Part shown: in pieces, positions 1 to 12,144 of the stretch
Position numbering within the stretch: position 1 is the stretch's first letter
How the letters are laid out: every line of letters begins with the position of its first letter
Source of the DNA: Azolla caroliniana
Lineage: Eukaryota > Plantae > Polypodiophyta
DNA length: 64,000 nucleotides
Direction: 5' to 3'
NCBI GenBank assembly: GCA_043228905.1
Contig: JBHGNT010000007.1
Coordinates: 19,654,001-19,718,000 of the forward strand
Made by a program: the position numbers and the translations under genes
Notes under the pieces: model-generated
Told to the model about the DNA's origin: nothing
Seen by the model: only the letters and a program-made list of their open reading frames with translations
Database searches by the model: none

Positions 1-1770
1 ATCACATGCCTTCGCAAGTGCTTTCACGATCGGGCTATGTCCTCGTTCGATTTTCCCGTTGGCCTTCGGATTGTATGCCGTTGTCAGCGTTAACCGAACT
101 CCGTGCTTGGCAAAGAATCCCCTAGCTTTGTCCGAGTCGAGTTCTCCCCGGTCCGCAATCACTTGTCCTACGCACCCGTACCTGCAAAATACTTCCTCCA
201 AAAGAATTGGCATACCACGGAACACGTTTTCCTCTGAAGCGCTCGACCTTCTACTTGATTCGTGAGATCTTCCCGAGCTAATATCAAGTATTTCTTTTGT
301 CCGATCCCGGTCGGCATGGCCACTCTGTCGACCATCCACTTGAAGTTGATTGTCGGTGAGAATGTCGGATGTAACTCATCTCGATGTCGAACCCCGAAGT
401 AGACTTGACATTTCTCGCAGCTTTCCGTGAACTCCGCGACATCTTTGTACATTTTCTTCCACCAATATGTTTGCTTGATCTTCACAAATGTTGCCCATGT
501 TCCTCGGTGTCCAGCCCAAATCGGATTCGTGAAACTCGGACATTATCCGGTTTCGTTGCTCTTTTGTCCTGACTACTCGAAGTGGTATACCATCCGGTCT
601 TTTCGGCGCCCTCCATATTAATCCGTTTTCCAAGAAGAACTTTTGGACTTGCCTCTTCTTCCTTCGGATCTCGACTCTTCTTCCTTTATCGTTTGTTGAA
701 TGCTCGGCCTCTTGTAACATCTTTCCGATCATCAAGCTTTCTCCCTCGTATTCTTCTTCACGGAATTCTCGGATTACGTTCACTCGGCATATGTGCTCCG
801 ACGCGAAGTAGTCTTCGGAAACTTCTTCATTATCTGATTCGGTTATGTCGTCTCTGAACCGAGCCCTTGATAACATATCCGCTACCGCGTTGTCCTTCCC
901 CGAGATGTGTCGAACCTCCGGATTAAGCGACTTGACATATGCAACCCACCTTAGCATAGCTACATCCGTTATCGTACAACACCGCATCATCCCGAGTATC
1001 GGAAGACAATCCGTCTCGATCACCACTTCGGCTCCAATCAAATAATCCCGATCCGATTTTATCGCCGACATGACTCCCCACAGTTCTCTTTTGACTTTGC
1101 ATATCCACGTTGCCTTTCATTGAGAACCTTTGCTCCGAATCGGATCGGATACTGAGAACCATCCGAGTCGGCTTGATTGATGACCCACCCGATACCGTTT
1201 GGACTTGTATCAACCGTTACTATGATCGGTCGGTCGTAGCTCAGCTTCTTAAGTGCTTCCGCCCTCCGAAGTGTCTTCTTCAATTTTTTCATGGCTTTGG
1301 TGTGTTCCGGTTTCCATTCGAATTTCTTACCTTTCCGCAACAAGTGGTAGAGAGGGTCCGCTATATGTGCATAATGCGGAATCCATATGTGATAGAATGC
1401 ACATGCACCGAGAAACCTTCAGACTTCGGATGTTGACTCGCATACTTCCTCCATAGCTTGAATCGCATCGACCTTTGTTGGTGACGGTCTTCGGCCATAG
1501 GGCCCACATAGATGTCCGACCACCAATATTTCTTCTTGCTCGAATGCCGATTTCTCCCTGGAAAGTGTTAGGTGCACATCTTCTAGCTTTCGCAACACTT
1601 TCTCGCAATCATGAATATGGTCGATCACGAACTTTCGGCATCCCCGATCATCCATAGTCTCATCTTTTTCTTCTACCGTGCATCCTTTCATCGGAACATC
1701 ATCGAGGAACGGCATCGTTATCTCCGGAATGCAGTCTCGAAGCACCTTGTTCATCGTGTTCATCATATGA
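1..1770 (-). pseudogene. pol: G1 pol C-terminal part (RT YXDD-equivalent FLDD, RNase H, integrase zinc finger and start of core), frameshifted
   Basis: ORF pieces 1419-1766 (PFLDDV), 1059-1343 (VTVDTSPNGIG), 376-1071 (IETDCLP, HISGKDNAVADMLSR) and 168-485 (YWW..CEKCQ) lie in different frames. Confidence 0.9.
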
Positions 1771-1771
1771 C

Positions 1772-2497
1772 ATTCTTTTCATACACAGAAAACGGGAAAT
1801 AGAACACGACACAAAGAGGAAGACAAATACACAGGAGGTTTACGTGGAAAACCCCAAACTAGGGGAAAAAACCACGGCAACCCACGGGCTACAAACTGTC
1901 ACTATGTAAGAATGTACAAAACAGTGAGTTCACGGAGGCAACGACCTCGTGCTCACGATCTTCGCCACAGGCGGCGGTTACAACAAAGGCAACGACCTCG
2001 TCTTTCTCTCTCTCTCTGTACAGTTGCGCACTCTCTCTTCTTCTTGCACCAACAAGAAAATTAACAACAACATATAAGTTTGCCCTAAGTCATATTTATA
2101 CTAATATGACTTTTCGGCTATTTACAAATGTAGCCATGATGGGCTCTCAGAAACATATTTACTAATATGTCTCTTCCTCTGGTTCATACCGGGTCTGCAC
2201 CATCCGGCTCTTCGTAGTCGGGTACTCCTCATCCGGTTCGTACTGGGCCTGCACCATCCAATTCATACCGGGTCTGCATCATCCGGCTCTCCGTAGCCGG
2301 GTACTCCTCATCCGGTTCATACCGGGTCTGCATCATCCGGCTCTCCGTAGCCGGGTACTCCTCATCCGGTTCATACCGGTCCTGTATCATCCGGCTCTCC
2401 GTAGCCGGGTACTCCTCATACCGTTTAGGCCTCGGCCGAGTTTGTTCGTCGGCACTGTTCTTCTCCCTTCCCATCTGGAGGGACCTGTCTCCCAATA
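1772..2497 (-). repeat. 3' LTR of copia A1, missing about 48 bp of U5 end; contains a 54-bp CCGG-rich tandem array
   Basis: Matches 13150-13943; adjacent to the PPT. Confidence 0.92.
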
Positions 2498-2507
2498 AAC
2501 TCCCTCT

Positions 2508-5500
2508 TCACTCCGGCATGGGGTGTCTTACCAGTCCGATTCTCTTCCGGCATGCATCCAGCTTGTCGGGTGTCAGCACTTTGCTCAGCATATCTGACCC
2601 GTTCTCGGCCGTGTGGATCTTCATCAGTGCGAACTCCTGGTCATCTACTCTTTCCCGGATCCAGTGATACCTCCGCTGGATATGTTTCGTCCGGGAATGG
2701 TAGGCCGCATTTTTAGCAAGGTGGATGGCACTTTGACTGTCGCAATAGAGTCGGTATTCCTCTTGCCGTATACCGAGCTCTCCGATGAAGTCCTTCATCC
2801 ATAAAATTTCCTTGCCGGCTTTCCATAGCCGCCATGTACTCCGCCTCCGTGGTTAACAATGCAACCGTCTTCTGTAGCCTCGACTGCCACGAAACAGCTC
2901 CCCCTGCATATGTCATTACATACCCGGATGTAGACCGGTTGGTATCCACATCAGCCGACATATCCGAATCGGTCAAATCGTCCAGTTGAGGTTTTCCGGA
3001 GCCGAATCGAAGACACATATTTGAAGTGCCCTTCAAATACCGGAGTATACATTTGACTGCGTTCCAGTGCTCCTTGCCGGGATTACTCATGAACAGGCTC
3101 ACCACTCCGACTGCGTGTCCAATATCCGGTCGGGTACAAACCATTGCCACATCAAGCTCCCGACGGCAGAGGCATATGGAATCTTCATCATATCTGCCTT
3201 CTCTCCTCTTGTCTTCGGGCTTTGCTTGCCGGACAACTTGCAGTTTGCCGGAAGTGTCGATCCGACCGGTTTTGCTTCTGACATGTTGAACCGGTGAAAC
3301 ACCTTTGTCACATACTTCTCCTGTGACAGGCATAATTGCTTCACTGATCGGTCCCGAATGATGTGCATCCCCAACATCTGTCTTGCCGGACCCAAGTCTT
3401 TCATTGACAAGGTCCAGTTGAGAGCCTTCTTCAGCATCCGTATTTTGCCTTGGTCTTGTCCGACGATCAACATGTCATCCACGTACAGGAGGAGTATCAG
3501 GAAGTCCCCTCCTTCGAACTTCTTCACAAACATGCAGTGATCGGCCTGCGTCTTGTGGTACCCTTGATCAGTCATGAAGGAGTCGAACTTCCGGTACCAT
3601 TGCCGGAGAGCCTGCTTCAGTCCGTACAGGCTCTTCTTCAACCGGCATACCAAGTGCTCCTTCCCTTTCTCCACAAATCCTTCCGGTCGCTGCATGTAGA
3701 TCTCCTCTTCGAGGTTGCCGTGAAGGAATGCCATCTTCACGTCCAGCTGCTCTACCTCGAGGTCCATGCTTGCTGCTATACTCAGCACCGTCCGGATGGA
3801 GGTCATCTTTACTACCGGGGCAAATATCTCGTCGAAGTCCACGCCCTTCTTCTGTTGGAACCCCTTCACCACGACCCTGGCTTTGTATCTCGGGGGGTTG
3901 CCGGCATCTCCCGGTTTCAACTTGTACACCCACTTGTTTCGGAGTGCCCGCTTTCCTTTCGGCAACTCCACCAATTCGTACGTATGGTTCTCATGCAGGG
4001 AATCCATCTCATCCTGCATGACACTTAACCATTTGCGGCTGTGGGTGTCTTCCTTCACTTCTTCAAAGCTTTCCGGCTCCCCCTCAACGGTCAGCAACAC
4101 ATGCTCTACATCCGGAAATCTCCGGGGGGGCCTTCTCTCTCTAAGAGGATATCTCCGTCTTCGGGCTTCGGTAACCGGCTCCTCCATTTGCTCTTCATCC
4201 GAATCCGATTCGGAGTCTTGGCCGGTTCCGGTCTCAGATTCCTCTACCTCTTCATCTGCCGATTCGGTATCCTCACCGTAACCGGTTGGTTCCTCGAGTG
4301 CTAACCGGTCTCTTGCCGGTTGGGTCTGCTCATCGTAGAGTCTATCCTTACCGGTCGACTCGGAGTTCATTATCTTCTTCTCTGACTCCCAGTCGGCGAG
4401 CGTCTTGTCCTCCATGAAGATAATATCTCGACTCCGGAATACCTTCTTGTCGACCGGGTCCCACAGTCGGTAGCCGAACTCATCGTCACCGTAACCGAGG
4501 AATATGCATGGCCGGGTCTTTGGATCTAGCTTTCCTCTCCGATCCTTAGCTACATGCACGTACGCAAGACACCCGAACGCCTTCAGATGCCGGTAGGATA
4601 CTTCCTTACCGGTCCACACTCTCTATGGCGTGTCTCCGTCCAAGGGTACTGAGGGTGATCTATTAATCAAATATGTCGCCGCCGACAATGCCTCAGCCCA
4701 AAACTTCTTGGGTAGTTTTGCATGCGCTAGCATTCTCCGGACCCTCTCCATTATGGTCCGGTTCATCCTCTCGGCCAGTCCGTTTAGTTCCGGCGTCTTC
4801 GGCACGGTAAATTCGAGCCGGATTCCCTTCGAGCGGCAGTACTCCTCGAGGAATGCCATCTTCACGTCCAGCTGCTCTACCTCGAGGTCCATGCTTGCTG
4901 CTATACTCAGCACCGTCCGGATGGAGGTCATCTTTACTACCGGGGCAAATATCTCGTCGAAGTCCACGCCCTTCTTCTGTTGGAACCCCTTCACCACGAT
5001 CCTGGCTTTGTATCTCGGGGGGTTGCCGGCATCTCCCGGTTTCAACTTGTACACCCACTTGTTTCGGAGTGCCCGCTTTCCTTTCGGCAACTCCACCAAT
5101 TCGTACGTATGGTTCTCATGCAGGGAATCCATCTCATCCTGCATGACACTTAACCATTTGCGGCTGTGGGTGTCTTCCTTCACTTCTTCAAAGCTTTCCG
5201 GCTCCCCCTCAACGGTCAGCAACACATGCTCTACATCCGGAAATCTCCGGGGGGGCCTTCTCTCTCTAAGAGGATATCTCCGTCTTCGGGCTTCGGTAAC
5301 CGGCTCCTCCATTTGCTCTTCATCCGAATCCGATTCGGAGTCTTGGCCGGTTCCGGTCTCAGATTCCTCTACCTCTTCATCTGCCGATTCGGTATCCTCA
5401 CCGTAACCGGTTGGTTCCTCGAGTGCTAACCGGTCTCTTGCCGGTTGGGTCTGCTCATCGTAGAGTCTATCCTTACCGGTCGACTCGGAGTTCATTATCT

Positions 5501-6758
5501 TCTTCTCTGACTCCCAATCGGCGAGCGTCTTGTCCTCCATGAAGATAATATCTCGACTCCGGAATACCTTCTTGTCGACCGGGTCCCACAGTCGGTAGCC
5601 GAACTCATCGTCACCGTAACCGAGGAATATGCATGGCCGGGTCTTTGGATCTAGCTTTCCTCTCCGATCCTTAGCTACATGCACGTACGCAAGACACCCG
5701 AACGCCTTCAGATGCCGGTAGGACACTTCCTTACCGGTCCACACTCTCTGTGGCGTGTCTCCGTCCAAGGGTACTGAGGGTGATCTATTAATCAAATATG
5801 TCGCCGCCGACAATGCCTCAGCCCAAAACTTCTTGGGTAGTTTTGCATGCGCTAGCATTCTCCGGACCCTCTCCATTATGGTCCGGTTCATCCTCTCGGC
5901 CAGTCCGTTTAGTTCCGGCGTCTTCGGCACGGTAAATTCGAGCCGGATTCCCTTCGAGCGGCAGTACTCCTCGAACTGCCCCCGGTATTCTCCTTCGTTG
6001 TCTCCTCGAACCGCCTTCAGCTTCCGGCGGGTTTCTCTTTCCAGTCTCGCGTGGAGCTCTTTGAAGACGGATAACACCTGATCCTTCGTCTTCAATGGTG
6101 TGGCCCACAGCTTCCGACTGTGGTCATCTATGAACGTCACGAAGTACTGCGCTCCGGCATGTGACATCGTGTCTACCTGACACACATCCGTATGCACCAA
6201 CTCCAGTGGTGCATTACGTCTCATCGGTGGCCTTGGTCGGAAGGAGGTCTGGTTCTGCTTACCGGCTAGACAATCAGTGCACTTCTCTAAGTGCACGTTC
6301 TTCATTGGAATGAGGTTGTCGTCGGCAAGCCTCTTCATCCCCTACTCGCTCATATGACATAGCCTCTTGTGCCACAGCTCACCGACAGTGTCGGATGCCA
6401 CGTTCACTTCTTCCGGACATAACCAAGCATTCATCAGGTACAACGTGTTTACCTTCCGGGCCCGAGCCACAATCAGGCTCCCTTTGCTGAACTTCATGAC
6501 ACCATTCCGGATGCTACCCGTGTAGCCTTCATCATCTAGCCGACCGGCTGATATCAGGTTCAGACGAACTTCCGGAATGTGTCGGACATCCTTCAGCAGC
6601 AACTTGCATCCGGTTGGTGTTGTCAGCCACACGTCTCCTATGCAGATAATTCGGCATATACCTTCATTCCCAATCCGGACACAGCCATGGTCACCGGCTG
6701 AGTAGGATGCGAAGCATTTCCGGTCCAGGGTAAGGTGGAACGACGCTCCGGAGTCTAC
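2508..6758 (-). pseudogene. pol: Copia A1 pol (protease, GAG-pre-integrase, integrase, RT, RNase H) with stops and frameshifts
   Basis: Motifs DSGASFH, LWHKRLCH, VHTDV, NGLAERMN, YKARxVVKGF, LLYVDD, LYCDSQSA, RTKHI. TAG stops at 6342 and 4623; frameshifts near 3150 and 2820. Confidence 0.93.
3724..5973. repeat. Direct tandem duplication, 2 x 1125 bp, inside A1 pol
   Basis: 3724-4848 is repeated at 4849-5973 with only about 4 substitutions seen. Confidence 0.95.
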
Positions 6759-6844
6759 TGTTGGAGAGACAAGGCCGTCAATGCGGAAGATCAGGAAGCA
6801 TTCGATTCTAGTTGAAACCTGCGTATGACAGTTTCTGAGATTGT

Positions 6845-6878
<34 letters not shown>

Positions 6879-7062
6879 ACAAAAGAGTCTTTCTATTAGA
6901 TAGAAACAATAATACAACCAACCTTACAAAAAGGTTACTAGGTCACTTTATATAGTGACAGACTTAGGGCAACTACCATTTATGCTAATTACACAAATGG
7001 CCCAAACTTGAGCTATACAAAAGGATAGTGTGAATACGTCCATTATACACTTGTATTCGACA
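6759..7062 (-). repeat. Complete 3' LTR of copia B1 (304 bp, contains (AG)n)
   Basis: TG...CA ends; near-identical to the reverse complement of 58968-59284. Confidence 0.95.
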
Positions 7063-7256
7063 CTCCCCCGTAATGGGCGTATACATGGGTTATCTAAGAT
7101 TACAGGTATAAACCTAGGTTCTCGGACATATCAGTTTTTGTTTGAGTCGGCAGGGTCCGAAGGCAGAAGACCGAACTGGTCGGGTCGGAAGAGTTGAAGC
7201 CGATCATTAAGGAACTGATGTCGGTTGTCTGAAACCATCCTGCGCTGTGTCCGGCT

Positions 7257-10200
7257 CTAACCGGACTGGTTTGTCGTTACGCCCATCTGATGCCGAAGAG
7301 ACCGAAAGCGGTCTGCCGAAAGACACTTGGTCATTCCATCTGCGACATTGTCGGTTGTGGATATTTTCTCTAGACCGATTTTCCCTGAAATGACGCAGTC
7401 CCGAACGAAGTGATATCGAACGTCGATATGTTTGGAGGCGTTGTGGTGAACCGGATTTTTCGACAGGGCAACAGCACCTTGACTGTCGCTATAGACAACT
7501 GGGGCCGAGTCATGGTCGACTTGCCGAAACGTGTGCGCCAGCCGGCCGAGCCACAAAGCTTCTTTTGCAGCGTCGGACGCAGCTACATATTCTGCTTCGG
7601 TCGTTGAGGTCGCTGTGCACTCCTGAAGTTTCGACTTCCACGAAATTGCTCCATTGCCGAATTTGAAGCAGTATCCGGTTGTTGATTTCCGACTGTCTAT
7701 ACAGCCGGCGAAATCCGAGTCGGTGTAACCGACTACGCCTGAGGTTGAGTTCGGACCGAAAAGAATGCCGTGGTCTTTTGTGCCAGCCAGATATCTGAAC
7801 ACATGCTTGACTGCGTTCCAATGCGATCGGCCAGGATTGTGCATAAATCTGCTAACGACTCCTACGGCATGAGAGATATCAGGCCGTGTCGCGACCATCA
7901 GGTACATAAGGGAGCCGACTGCCGGTGCATACGGTACCGACTTCATATCTTCCCCCTCCGGACCGGATGTCGGGCAGTCTCGCTGAGAGAGCCGAAGATT
8001 CATGGGGAGCGGGGTTGAAGCAGATTTGGCTGATTGCATGTTGAAGCGTTCCAAGACACGTCCGATATAGTCGGTCTGAGACAAAAAAAGATGTCGTTTA
8101 TCGCGGTGCCGACTAATCTTCATGCCAAGTATGTGTCGTGCCGGACCGAGGTCCTTCATGGCAAACTTCAACCGCAATTGCCGAATGAGATCGGCAAGTT
8201 CGCCTGCGTGGCGTCCAGAAATTAGCATGTCGTCCACGTAAATGATGAGGAAGATGGGTGATCCATCTTGAGCTGTGTTGGTAAAAAGACAATGGTCCTC
8301 ATCGCTTTTTGAGAAGCCGATCGATTGGATGAAGTCGTCGAACTTCTTGTACCATTGTCGCGGTGCCTGTTTGAGGCCGTATAGACTCTTCCTGAGTCGG
8401 CAGACTAGATGTTCTTGGCCAGTTGCCACGAAGCCTTTTGGCTGCTCCATATAAATTTCCTCTTCAAGATCACCATGGAGGAAGACTGTTTTGACATCTA
8501 GCTGAATCAGCTCCAAGTTGTCGGCTGCCACTACGCCGAGTAGAAAACGAAGGGTTGTCATTTTCACCACTGGTGAAAAAATCTCGTCGAAGTCGACGCC
8601 ATATTCTTGTCGGAAGCCCTTCGCAACTAATCTGGCCTTGTACTTTGGGGTGGTCGAATCAGACGTCTCTTTTAGTCGATAGACCCACTTGCAAGGAAGA
8701 GCACGTCGATTCTTAGGTAATTCGACCAGGTCCCAAGTCTTGTTTGCCCGAATGGAGTGCATTTCCGACTCCATCGCCAGATGCCAGGTGGCTGAATCGA
8801 CAGATGTCGATGCTTCTTCGTAAGACGTCGGTTCGCCGGCGTCGGTGAAGAAAATTCCAGGAGAATACCTCTCCGGAGGTTGCGACAGTCTCTCGGATCG
8901 TCGAGGTATGATTGGACTGGTCGTATCGGGTATCGAGGTCGGATGGTCCGGAAGCGAGTTATTCTGCTGTGCCGAGTCGGAGTTGTCCGAGTCGGTAGTG
9001 TAAGGTTCAGCTACCCGTGAAGCTGACCGTGTGTTAAGAGCGGGGCCTTCTTGAAGGGTCGGCACATCGGAAAATGTTACCCTTCGGACTTCGATCGGTG
9101 TTTCGACTGATGGAGTCATAGCCGACTCGTTGAACACAACGTCCGAACTTCGAACGATTTGTCTGCGTTCGGGGTCCCAGAGTCGGTATCCCATTTCGCC
9201 GTCTGATCCATATCCAAGGAAAATGCATTTCCTGGACCGAGGTGCAAGTTTTCGGCGATCATCTTTCGGAATAAGGGCGTACGCCTCGCATCCAAAGATC
9301 CTCAGCTTGTCGTAATTCGGCTTACTGCCGATCCATAGTTCCTGAGGAATTTGAAGTCCTAGAGGTCTACTTGGCGACATATTGATTATGTGTACTGCCG
9401 TGAGTAGAGCCTCTGCCCAAAAGCCATCCGACAGTCTGGAGTGTTGGAGCATGGAAACTATCCGTTCTTGGATTGTCCGATTCATGCGTTCTGCAATCCC
9501 GTTTTGCTCCGGACTGTGTGGTGCCGTAAATTCACGTCGGATGCCGCGTTGTCGGCAAAATTTGACGAATTCTTCGGATTTGAACTCTCCCCCATTGTCG
9601 GTCCGAAAGCATTTCAGTTTTCGGTCAGTTTGATTTTCCACCATAGCGAGCCAATCGGAGAAGATCGAGAAGACACGATCTTTGGTGCGAATTGGATAAG
9701 CCCACACCTTTCGAGTCGAATCGTCAATAAAACTGACGAAGTAAGAGGCACCGCCGAGAGACTGATGCGGCATTGGGCCACAGACGTCCGAGTGGACTAA
9801 ATCGAGAGGTCTCGTTTCTCTTGGTGCTGATGTCGGGTGTGATGCGGCTGCCTGTTTGCCATACTGGCAATGTTCGCAGAATTGATGGTCCGAGAAGGAG
9901 AGTTTAGGGATGTATCCGGCTCTAGATAGGTGCGTAATGCCGGCCTTGCTGAGGTGTCCTAATCTTTTGTGCCATAGTGATGACACAGGAATATCCACCA
10001 AAAACAGGTTACCCTCTCTGAGCGTAACATGTAACGGATACAGTGAGTGTATCTTGGGTCCTCTAGCAAGCAGGAGGTTCCCCCTGTGGAGTGTCCACCC
10101 TCCCGAAGAAAAACCGGCACGAATGCCGTCTTCATCTAGTTGTCCGACTGAGATCAATGGCCTTGAGAGCTCGGGTACATGTCGGACATTGTGAAGTACA

Positions 10201-11288
10201 AGTGTAGAGCCACCTGCAAGGTTGAGCTCTACTATGCCGATTCCAATGATGTCGCAGTGTTGCGAGTTGCCGACTCGAACTGAGTCGGAGTGACGGATCG
10301 TATATTGCCGAAATTGGGATCGATGAGGAGTCACGTGAAATGACGCACCCGAATCTAAGAGCCATGTGCTCGATTCTTCAGTCGTGAGCAGAACTTCTGA
10401 TCCGACTGGATTTTCGATTGATAGTATATTCGGGTCGTTTGGTAGCACGTCAGCTGAGAAGCTGACGTAATTGATCTCCTCATGCCGGCCACTCTTCTTG
10501 TCTGATTTCTGAGACTTGTCATTCTTGTTCTTGAGTGCGCGGCAGTCGGCTTTGATGTGTCCGGGTTTCTTGCAATAGTTGCAGATTCGGTTATCCCGTG
10601 ACTGGCTCCGTCTTCGTTGATTGTTCGGCTGCCGTGAGGAATCTCTTCCTCGTATGTTCGATCGGTCTGTCGAACCTTGTACTACATAAGCGTCGTCTGT
10701 TGAGTCTTTGGCGAAAGACTTTCTCCGAGCTGCTTCGGTCAGGATTGCGCTCGTGACTTCAGAGTATTTAACAGCCGTGGTTGACGCGTTGCACACGGTT
10801 GTGACGAAAGTTTCCCATGATGAGGGAAGGCTGCTCATGAGTATCATTGCTCTGAGTTCATCCTCGATTGCCGTCCCCTGAGATGAGATTTGGGAGCTTA
10901 TGCTTTCGTACTCATTGAGATGTGCTTGAACCGAATCTGATTCTTTCATCCGCAAGTTGTAGAGGCGCTGGATCAGAAACATCTTCGTTGCGGCGACCTT
11001 CTTTTCGTAGGTGTCCGACAGTGTTTTCCACAGTTCGAATGCTGTCGTACACGATTGCACCGTAAAGTATACCGATTCCGATAGGTGCATCCGAATCGTG
11101 GCGTGGACGATTCTGTCCAGCTTCTGCCACTCAATTGGTTTGTATCCTTCTGGAGGTTCTTCATTTTCGATGGGATCGATTTGCCCCTTGACTATGAGAT
11201 AGTCCTGCATTTGCTCCTTCCAGAAGTTGAAGTTCGATCCATCGAACTTTCGTAGACTCATTTCTGACGAGCCGGATGTTGATGCCAT
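7257..11288 (-). CDS. gag-pol: Copia B1 Gag-Pol polyprotein (about 1343 aa), uninterrupted
   Basis: CNYCKKPGHIKADC zinc knuckle, WLLDSGAS protease, VHSDVCGP/RTDNGGEF/NGIAERMN integrase, IYVDD RT, YTDSD/YSDSQ/KHID RNase H. Confidence 0.97.
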   Translation of the reverse strand: MASTSGSSEMSLRKFDGSNFNFWKEQMQDYLIVKGQIDPIENEEPPEGYKPIEWQKLDRIVHATIRMHLSESVYFTVQSCTTAFELWKTLSDTYEKKVAATKMFLIQRLYNLRMKESDSVQAHLNEYESISSQISSQGTAIEDELRAMILMSSLPSSWETFVTTVCNASTTAVKYSEVTSAILTEAARRKSFAKDSTDDAYVVQGSTDRSNIRGRDSSRQPNNQRRRSQSRDNRICNYCKKPGHIKADCRALKNKNDKSQKSDKKSGRHEEINYVSFSADVLPNDPNILSIENPVGSEVLLTTEESSTWLLDSGASFHVTPHRSQFRQYTIRHSDSVRVGNSQHCDIIGIGIVELNLAGGSTLVLHNVRHVPELSRPLISVGQLDEDGIRAGFSSGGWTLHRGNLLLARGPKIHSLYPLHVTLREGNLFLVDIPVSSLWHKRLGHLSKAGITHLSRAGYIPKLSFSDHQFCEHCQYGKQAAASHPTSAPRETRPLDLVHSDVCGPMPHQSLGGASYFVSFIDDSTRKVWAYPIRTKDRVFSIFSDWLAMVENQTDRKLKCFRTDNGGEFKSEEFVKFCRQRGIRREFTAPHSPEQNGIAERMNRTIQERIVSMLQHSRLSDGFWAEALLTAVHIINMSPSRPLGLQIPQELWIGSKPNYDKLRIFGCEAYALIPKDDRRKLAPRSRKCIFLGYGSDGEMGYRLWDPERRQIVRSSDVVFNESAMTPSVETPIEVRRVTFSDVPTLQEGPALNTRSASRVAEPYTTDSDNSDSAQQNNSLPDHPTSIPDTTSPIIPRRSERLSQPPERYSPGIFFTDAGEPTSYEEASTSVDSATWHLAMESEMHSIRANKTWDLVELPKNRRALPCKWVYRLKETSDSTTPKYKARLVAKGFRQEYGVDFDEIFSPVVKMTTLRFLLGVVAADNLELIQLDVKTVFLHGDLEEEIYMEQPKGFVATGQEHLVCRLRKSLYGLKQAPRQWYKKFDDFIQSIGFSKSDEDHCLFTNTAQDGSPIFLIIYVDDMLISGRHAGELADLIRQLRLKFAMKDLGPARHILGMKISRHRDKRHLFLSQTDYIGRVLERFNMQSAKSASTPLPMNLRLSQRDCPTSGPEGEDMKSVPYAPAVGSLMYLMVATRPDISHAVGVVSRFMHNPGRSHWNAVKHVFRYLAGTKDHGILFGPNSTSGVVGYTDSDFAGCIDSRKSTTGYCFKFGNGAISWKSKLQECTATSTTEAEYVAASDAAKEALWLGRLAHTFRQVDHDSAPVVYSDSQGAVALSKNPVHHNASKHIDVRYHFVRDCVISGKIGLEKISTTDNVADGMTKCLSADRFRSLRHQMGVTTNQSG

Positions 11289-11974
11289 CAAATTTGGTTT
11301 CGGTTGACGAAGCTCGGTTCGGAGTTGACTACGAACCTTGTTGGAGTGCAGCCGGTTGGCTCACCCGATATCGTTCTAGTCGGATTTGAACCCGAGTCGG
11401 TTCGGCTTCGGATATATATATTGTTGAACTTGCTCGAATTGACTCCGGTAACTTGAGGGACGGAACCGACTGGTCTTCCCGAATGTTGCCGAGTCGGAGT
11501 GAGCCCGGTTCGCTTCCGAATATATATGCGAAGTACCGATTATTGAAACCGATTGTCTGGACCGATTCTGCTTCGGGTGACTGCAGCGACGAGAGAGACG
11601 GATCCAACTGATCCTCCCGAATGTTGATCAGCCGGATGAAGCACGAATTGGGGTTGTTGTCTTGAGACCGATCTGCACCGAGTGGTTACAATGAGCTGCG
11701 AGCAGCGTTTGATGACCTCTTCGGATGCCGTTTAACCGAGTGGAGCACGATCGTGTCAATGTTGCACAAGGGGATTTCACCTCGAGCGGTTACGATCACA
11801 AGGAACAGAGTACAACCGGCTGGCTTACTCCAAGCGAAGATGATCTAACGCGATGAGATGCAAGCCTCGTTTTTCTTCTTCTTCTCTCTTCTTCGAATGA
11901 CGCAAGAAACCGAATGCTGTGCAGGCGGTGATGACGGCCGACAGCGGGTTGAGGAACCAAGCTCTGATACCAAA

Positions 11975-12061
11975 TGTTGGAGAGACAAGGCCGTCAATGC
12001 GGAAGATCAGGAAGCATTCGATTCTAGTTGAAACTTGCGTATGACAGTTTCTGAGATCGTG

Positions 12062-12107
<46 letters not shown>

Positions 12108-12144
12108 CACAAAAGAGTCTTTCTATTAGATAGAAACAATAATA
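11975..12144 (-). repeat. Truncated 5' LTR of copia B1 (lacks the first ~148 bp, the putative U3)
   Basis: Matches 6759-6914, then abuts the TSD directly. Confidence 0.92.

Larger units (their letters stand above)
6759..12144 (-). mobile_element. Ty1/copia element B1 with intact ORF, inserted in the A1 protease active-site codons
   Basis: TSD TCTAC at 6754-6758 and 12145-12149; 3' LTR 6759-7062; PPT 7063-7070; PBS-Met 11961-11972; 5' LTR 11975-12144 (truncated). Confidence 0.96.

Noticed and set aside
6342-6917. 191-aa ORF suggesting an LTR-protease fusion protein
   Set aside because: Chance read-through from the B1 LTR into the interrupted A1 protease, with a non-ATG start.
11329-11607. 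92-aa upstream ORF shared by B1 and B2
   Set aside because: TTG start, no recognisable domain, and the copies are too similar for conservation to be informative.
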